A DNA stretch of 64,000 nt from NCBI RefSeq assembly GCF_000315625.1, contig NW_005434669.1:407238-471237 (forward strand), read 5' to 3'. Positions within the stretch are counted from its first letter, which is position 1, and each line of letters begins with the position of its first letter. The notes under the pieces were generated by a model that had not been told where the DNA came from, searched no databases, and saw only the letters and a list, made by a program, of their open reading frames with translations. Below are positions 58,830 to 64,000 of the stretch, in pieces. This DNA comes from Guillardia theta CCMP2712 (taxonomy: Eukaryota > Protista > Cryptophyta). The translations under genes and the position numbers were made by a program.

Positions 58830-59226
58830 GCTGCGATCCAACCTGAGAGAACACCCCTCTATTCACAACGATTTAGGGGTAGTTAAAAGTACAACGGTAG
58901 GGTGGGGTGCTTGGTCCCTTTGGACCGGTCATTTCATCACTTGATAAACAGGGGGGGGTAAAGGAAAAGGCGGGTGGGGTTGTTTTTCCAACCAACGATC
59001 GGATAGCACATGGAGGAAACAGGTGGTGAGAGGGATAAGAAAACTAGGAGGAAGAGGATGGAGAGAGATTGTGAGAGGTTGAGATCGAGATGTACAGACT
59101 CCCATACCAGATCGAGCAGAACTAGTTATGTGTTGTTGATGTTCTCTCCCTCTCGTCAGTAGAACTCCTGGTTGAAACACTTACAAAGCGGGAAAACCGT
59201 CCACGTCAGGGGAGATTCTTTCTGAA

Positions 59227-60888
59227 ATGCGTCCCTGGCTCAGCTTCTGGACGCTCCGAGCAGTCGCATTCATGGCGTTCTTGCAACAAGATTTCATGGC
59301 CAGAGCAGATTTCTACTATCCAGACTTCAGCCGAGTCTGCGACCCTTCGTTGACCTGTGTCGCCCAGTATGCTGGAACACTTTCCTGCTGTACCTCGTTC
59401 AACGCAGATGCCTCTTCCAGGCTGTACATAAACGACGCGTCCTACTTTCAAACTTGCTCACAGTTCAAAGCTCCGAATGGCATCGTGCCTGGCCTCAAAG
59501 GGATCGAGTCGGTGTTTGGCAAGGACACTGAAGCAAACCCGCAGATTCTCTTCCAGCAGGTGACTGCCTACGACTATGTCGTCTCTCCTCGACGGAGCGT
59601 CAACTACAACTGGACCCGATCACCTTTCGAGGAGGTTGTCCGAAGGAGGGACGAGCTACGGTACATGCTCAATACAGCCCTGACGAAGCTCCAGCAGAGC
59701 AGGGAGAATTTGACCATGGGTCTGGAGTCAGAGACGGAGGGGCAGATCTGGCTGGTGATCGCGATGTATCAGGCGGAAGTGACGAGGATCTCGAACTTGT
59801 ACAACTTGACGCTTGAGAGGGACGAGAAGCTGTTTAAGGAGCACACGAAGGAGTACCAGGCGATCCATCCTCACAACGACTACAACAGCTCCTGCGACAA
59901 CCGAATGCGCCTGACTCCTGCAGCTCCGTCGAGGAAGGGGTCGATCTGGTACCAGACTCCTCAGAACGTCACCAACGGCTTCATCACAAGCTTCAAGTTC
60001 CAGCTGACAGCTCGCAATCGCTTTTGCAGGCAGGTGGTGGACGCGCATGCCGACCAAATGAAGGGAACTGCGCTGACCTTCGAGCTGGATCAATGCTTGA
60101 GGATGGAATGGAACGCGTCTGAGTGGAACCAGAGGGTGTACGGGCTGGGAGGAGGAGATGGGTTTGCCTTTGTGCTGCAGAGCAACGGAAGCTCGTCGGT
60201 GGGAGAGAGTGGAGACCAGCTGGGCTACGGTGGGATCCCTGACTCTCTTGCCATCGAGTTCGACACGTTTGCCAACCGAGACATCGGGGACATCAACGAC
60301 CTGCACGTGGCCGTTCACACGGGGGGATGTCGCACCCCAAACTCCGCATCACAACAGACCTGCCTCGCGTCCTACGGCTCTCTTCGTAATACAGGTCGCC
60401 TCCTCCAGGATGGGGAGGTACATCAGGTGATGATCGTCTACACCCCGGGGGTTCAGTTCAATCCCCAAAGCCAGCAGCAGTGGAGTTCCAAGCGCTACCT
60501 GAACCAGTTCATCAAGGCAGACGGTGCTGGGACGCTCCGGGTGTTCATCGACGACATGAGTAGCGCCATCCTCAACATGCCGCTGAGCTTGAAGTACGCG
60601 ATGAAGTTGAACCAAGGAGCAGCGTTCGTCGGCTTCACCGCTGCGACTGGCAGCATGTGGCAGAGTCATGACATACTCGAGTGGGAGTTCCGACAGTATT
60701 CGGCTGACCCAAGTCTAGAGTGCAAGGCCTTGACATCCACCCTCATTACCAGCGCCTACGATCAGTGCGTGCAGGAGAAGAGCTGGGCAACTTTCAACGG
60801 CCAGCCACTGACCGGCTCCCCTTTCTTCGAGGCTGGCACGGGACCCTGGGTGCCGTCAAGGACCTCAGTATGCAAGACTTGCCCATAA
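59227..60888 (+). CDS. Secreted legume (L-type) lectin-domain protein
   Basis: Signal peptide; RLTPAAPSRKGSIWY, GFITSFKF, GDGFAFVLQ, LGYGGI, LAIEFDT, AFVGFTAATG, HDILEWEF. Confidence 0.9.
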   Translation: MRPWLSFWTLRAVAFMAFLQQDFMARADFYYPDFSRVCDPSLTCVAQYAGTLSCCTSFNADASSRLYINDASYFQTCSQFKAPNGIVPGLKGIESVFGKDTEANPQILFQQVTAYDYVVSPRRSVNYNWTRSPFEEVVRRRDELRYMLNTALTKLQQSRENLTMGLESETEGQIWLVIAMYQAEVTRISNLYNLTLERDEKLFKEHTKEYQAIHPHNDYNSSCDNRMRLTPAAPSRKGSIWYQTPQNVTNGFITSFKFQLTARNRFCRQVVDAHADQMKGTALTFELDQCLRMEWNASEWNQRVYGLGGGDGFAFVLQSNGSSSVGESGDQLGYGGIPDSLAIEFDTFANRDIGDINDLHVAVHTGGCRTPNSASQQTCLASYGSLRNTGRLLQDGEVHQVMIVYTPGVQFNPQSQQQWSSKRYLNQFIKADGAGTLRVFIDDMSSAILNMPLSLKYAMKLNQGAAFVGFTAATGSMWQSHDILEWEFRQYSADPSLECKALTSTLITSAYDQCVQEKSWATFNGQPLTGSPFFEAGTGPWVPSRTSVCKTCP

Positions 60889-60974
60889 GACGAGAAGTGA
60901 CGGATGTTGCGCCTGTTGGCGAGGGGGAGGAGGGGGAAGGAGCCAAGATGAGGCTCAGTTTATGTTGAATTTCA

Positions 60975-63699
60975 TTAAAATGTCTGTGTGGTCGTTGGAG
61001 AATTGAGAACTTGCTCTGCCAGGTGTCTCCAGGCCTTGGCGATGCTCACCTGCAGAGTGAAGGGAAAGCAGGAGACCGGTCAAGGAAGGCAGCGTCAGTC
61101 ACAGCGAGGGAGAGGCAGTAAGGCAGGATCGGACTCTTACGTTCTTTCCTAGACGGGAGCCCAGCCCTCGCAGGAGGACGGAGGTTCGAGCGACCATGAT
61201 GTAGTCGTTGGGAACTAGTGGTGGGTGCAACCACAGCCATTAGCGTCAGCTGCAGAAACTTTATCGCTCTCTTCTTACCGCTCTCAAAGTTGTCTCGCTG
61301 CTGGAGCTTCTCCACAAAACTTCTCGCGTCCATCCCTTGCGTCACGTCCTTGGAGTCGCGGTCAAAGTACAAGATCGCCATAGTCTGGATGACATAGGGG
61401 TCCATCCTGCGGAAAGGGCGTGAGAGAGGAAGAGGGTCAGGGAGGAAGAGGTCAAGAATAGGAAAGCCTGAACCCCGGCCACCGGAGAGGAGGAAAGCAT
61501 ATCAAGGAGAAGACAAAGAGGTTCTGGAGGAGGAGGAAGGCAAGCTACTTCTTGGTGCGGAATCCCATTCGCACAAAGAGATCCTGCGCGTCTTCAAGCT
61601 TTCCGTCGGCGAGGTAGACCAGCATGTTCGCCAGGTCTCGCCTCTGCTGCTCTGTGAGACGCTTCACTTGCCCAAAGTCGATGAGCTCAAGGGCCCCTGA
61701 AGGACTGATGAGGATGTTGCCGGGGTGAGGATCGCCGTTGAAAGCTCCATCAAGCAGGATCTGGACCAAGGGGGACGAGAGGCTCAGGAAGAGGAAGGGA
61801 CGAGGAAATTGTAGCAGGAGGAAGCTGGAGGGATAGGTCTCAACGGGAGAAAGAAGATTCACCTGACTTCCATGGACTTCGAGCGCATTTTGAAAGATTT
61901 GATTCGAGAAATCGTAGAGGTATTTGAGGTCGTTGAGTAGTGGGAGGTTGAGAAGAGATGAGAAGAAAGAAGAGGGTTGAACAAATGAAGGAGAGGAGGA
62001 GGAGGAGGAGGAGGAGGAGTATCGCTGGCTTCTGAGAACTTCTGTTCGAACAAAGGCTGAATATGAAGTCAACAAGCTTCTTCCCATCAGTGACATCCCA
62101 CCGGCATCCACAGTCGAGTTCTCATTGACAAACTCCTGGAGGCGCTTGTTGCCCTTGTGCTTGTCTGTGCGCAGTCTCAGGTCCCTTCAGCACAACGGAG
62201 GGTCACGTTACCCAGCAGCTGGCTCGTCAGATCGCGTACGAACGCTATGATCTTCTTTCCGGAGAAGTACTCCATCACAAGAATGCTCTTGGTGCACAGG
62301 TGGGGATAAACCCTAGGGATGCGGGCGATCGAGGGATGGAATCTGAGAGACCAGTCAGCTCTATCTTGAGATTGCAGAAAAATAGAGAACAAACACGTAT
62401 CATCAAGATTACATGAAGGGTCTTTCGCAACCTCAACATGAGCTCTACAGAGCAGGACTCGCACAGTACCAATTCTTGCACTGCATGCAACGTGCCCTTA
62501 CCTCTTCTCCAGATTTTCTCGCATCTCTGTTGATTTGTGCGAAGTTCAATTCAAGAAGCAACAACATGCTTCAGGGGATAGCAGCCGTAAAAGCAGCAGG
62601 GGCAGCACCTTGAAGGTTCCTCGCCTCTTTCGTGTAGTCAAACTCGCTGAGGAACTGCTTCTCGATCTCGTCTATGACTCCGTTCCATTCCTGCACGCTC
62701 CCCGTCATCCTCCCCGTTACTTTCTCCTCCGCCTTCCCTCCCTCCTGCCCTCTCTCAGCTCACTTCGTACACCCACCATCGCACCATCGTCACTCACCGG
62801 CATGGCAAAACGGCAGAACAACTTGGCGGAAAACAGATCGGACCTGAAGAAGCTTTCGGCATCTGGATTCATCACCTTCACACAGACTTGCTCCCCTGTC
62901 CTCAACTTCGCTGCATGACACTGTCCGATGCTCGCAGATCCTACCGGACGGAAGTCGAAGCTTTCAAACACATCCTCCAACCCCGTCCTGAGCTCTGACC
63001 GCAGCAGCCTCCTGACCTGCTCCTCTCCCATGCTGTGGACCTCGTCCTGCAGCGCGCTGCAGATCTCAACGAACTGGTGAGGAAGGTCACCCTTGGATGA
63101 GACAACTTGCCCGAGTTTGATGTAGTACCCTTTGAGGAACTGTACAGAGTTGAACGCTTTCGGGGCAAACTCGTCGTGGAGGTTGTTCCATCGCCTCTCC
63201 CTCTCCTCCTTGTCCTGGACAAATCGCATCCTCCACTCCTCGAAGCGATAGCGAAGTAGAAAAGGAATGGATTCCTTGAAGAAGTACAGCATCCTCGGAA
63301 TGTTTTTCATGGACGAGATCACCCCTATTAGAGGACTTGCCGGGTCCGCGTGCTCAACAACGGGCGTCGTCATCTGCTGTGCCTTGTTTGGAGGGCTCAA
63401 AAAGTCGCTCATGCATTGCACAAAGTCCATTCTACCTTGAACACGATGCAAGAGGATCAGGAAGAGGATCGACTGTACTGAGAGCCTTGCGATCCTCGAC
63501 CTGTGTGCCGATCGGGGGCCTTCGATCCTCCCGGTTTCCTTTCCTCCCAGCATTCTTCCTATCCCCGCTTCCCTCCCTCTGACAAGTCCGCCAACAGGTC
63601 ACTACTACTGCACAGTCTCTCCCTTCTCCTTATCTCGGTCTTTCCCCTCTGCTATCTCCTTCCCCTTCTCCTCAGCTCTGCAAGTTGCTTCCTCACCAT
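60975..63699 (-). CDS. ABC1/UbiB atypical kinase; multi-exon, start approximate
   Basis: KGYYIKLGQ, LQD, GSASIGQCH, VCVKV, ILVMEY, NGDPHPGN, LIDFGQVK. Confidence 0.93.
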
Positions 63700-63714
63700 G
63701 TACAATCTGGGAAG

Positions 63715-64000
63715 GGGGCCGCCAATCCGGCCCGGGTCAGGGCCTTGAACCGAGACTGAGCGGCCCGGCCGGGCCTGTCGCACTGCACTGCAGTACGGTC
63801 ACTGTGACTCAGTCCAACTGAGTCGGCTAGTCTCCGAGGCTCCGTCGGAGGCCCGGCCGCACTGCACTACTAAGCCTCTTGATAGTACGCACAGCGGTCC
63901 TGCGGCCCGTAACGGCTTTAGCCTTGAACGGCGCCGGGCATAGCGTTGCCAGCTCAAGCCCGGCCCCCGGCCCGGCGGCCGCGGCGGCGCGGCCGCCGAC
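63715..64000. promoter_or_regulatory. GC-rich palindrome-word island upstream of ABC1 kinase
   Basis: Same vocabulary as the other islands; shares TCCGAGGCTCC..GGAGGCCCG with 55104-55123. Confidence 0.5.

Overview
Gene-dense eukaryotic nuclear DNA with many tiny GT-AG introns (about 40-60 nt). The intron size, bipartite plastid leaders and FPRRK-type RWP-RK genes suggest a cryptophyte such as Guillardia theta; this is an inference. Recognisable genes: a TTL-like ATP-grasp protein, tRNA-Ser(AGA), cyclophilin PPIL3, a divergent CBP/p300 KAT11 acetyltransferase, two RWP-RK factors, an LRR/EF-hand protein, a Dsc3-like protein, a Nudix hydrolase, a large subtilase (S8-PA-EGF-CUB-TM) spanning an assembly gap, an MFS transporter, AP-2 alpha-adaptin, mL40, an L-type lectin and an ABC1 kinase. 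Mobile DNA: a deleted PIF/Harbinger element with perfect TIRs and a TTA TSD, a micro-MITE, and a 4-copy element-end motif. Most notable: (1) five ORF fragments splice into one cytosolic TPR-SPRY-TPR-kinase-KEN ribonuclease, an RNase L/IRE1-like candidate immune sensor-effector; (2) an intronless SF2 helicase of the Z1 restriction-system/viral type; (3) upstream regions written in two largely exclusive short-word vocabularies, with evidence that these words were inserted into older repeats. Exon joins were read by eye, and several gene ends are approximate.
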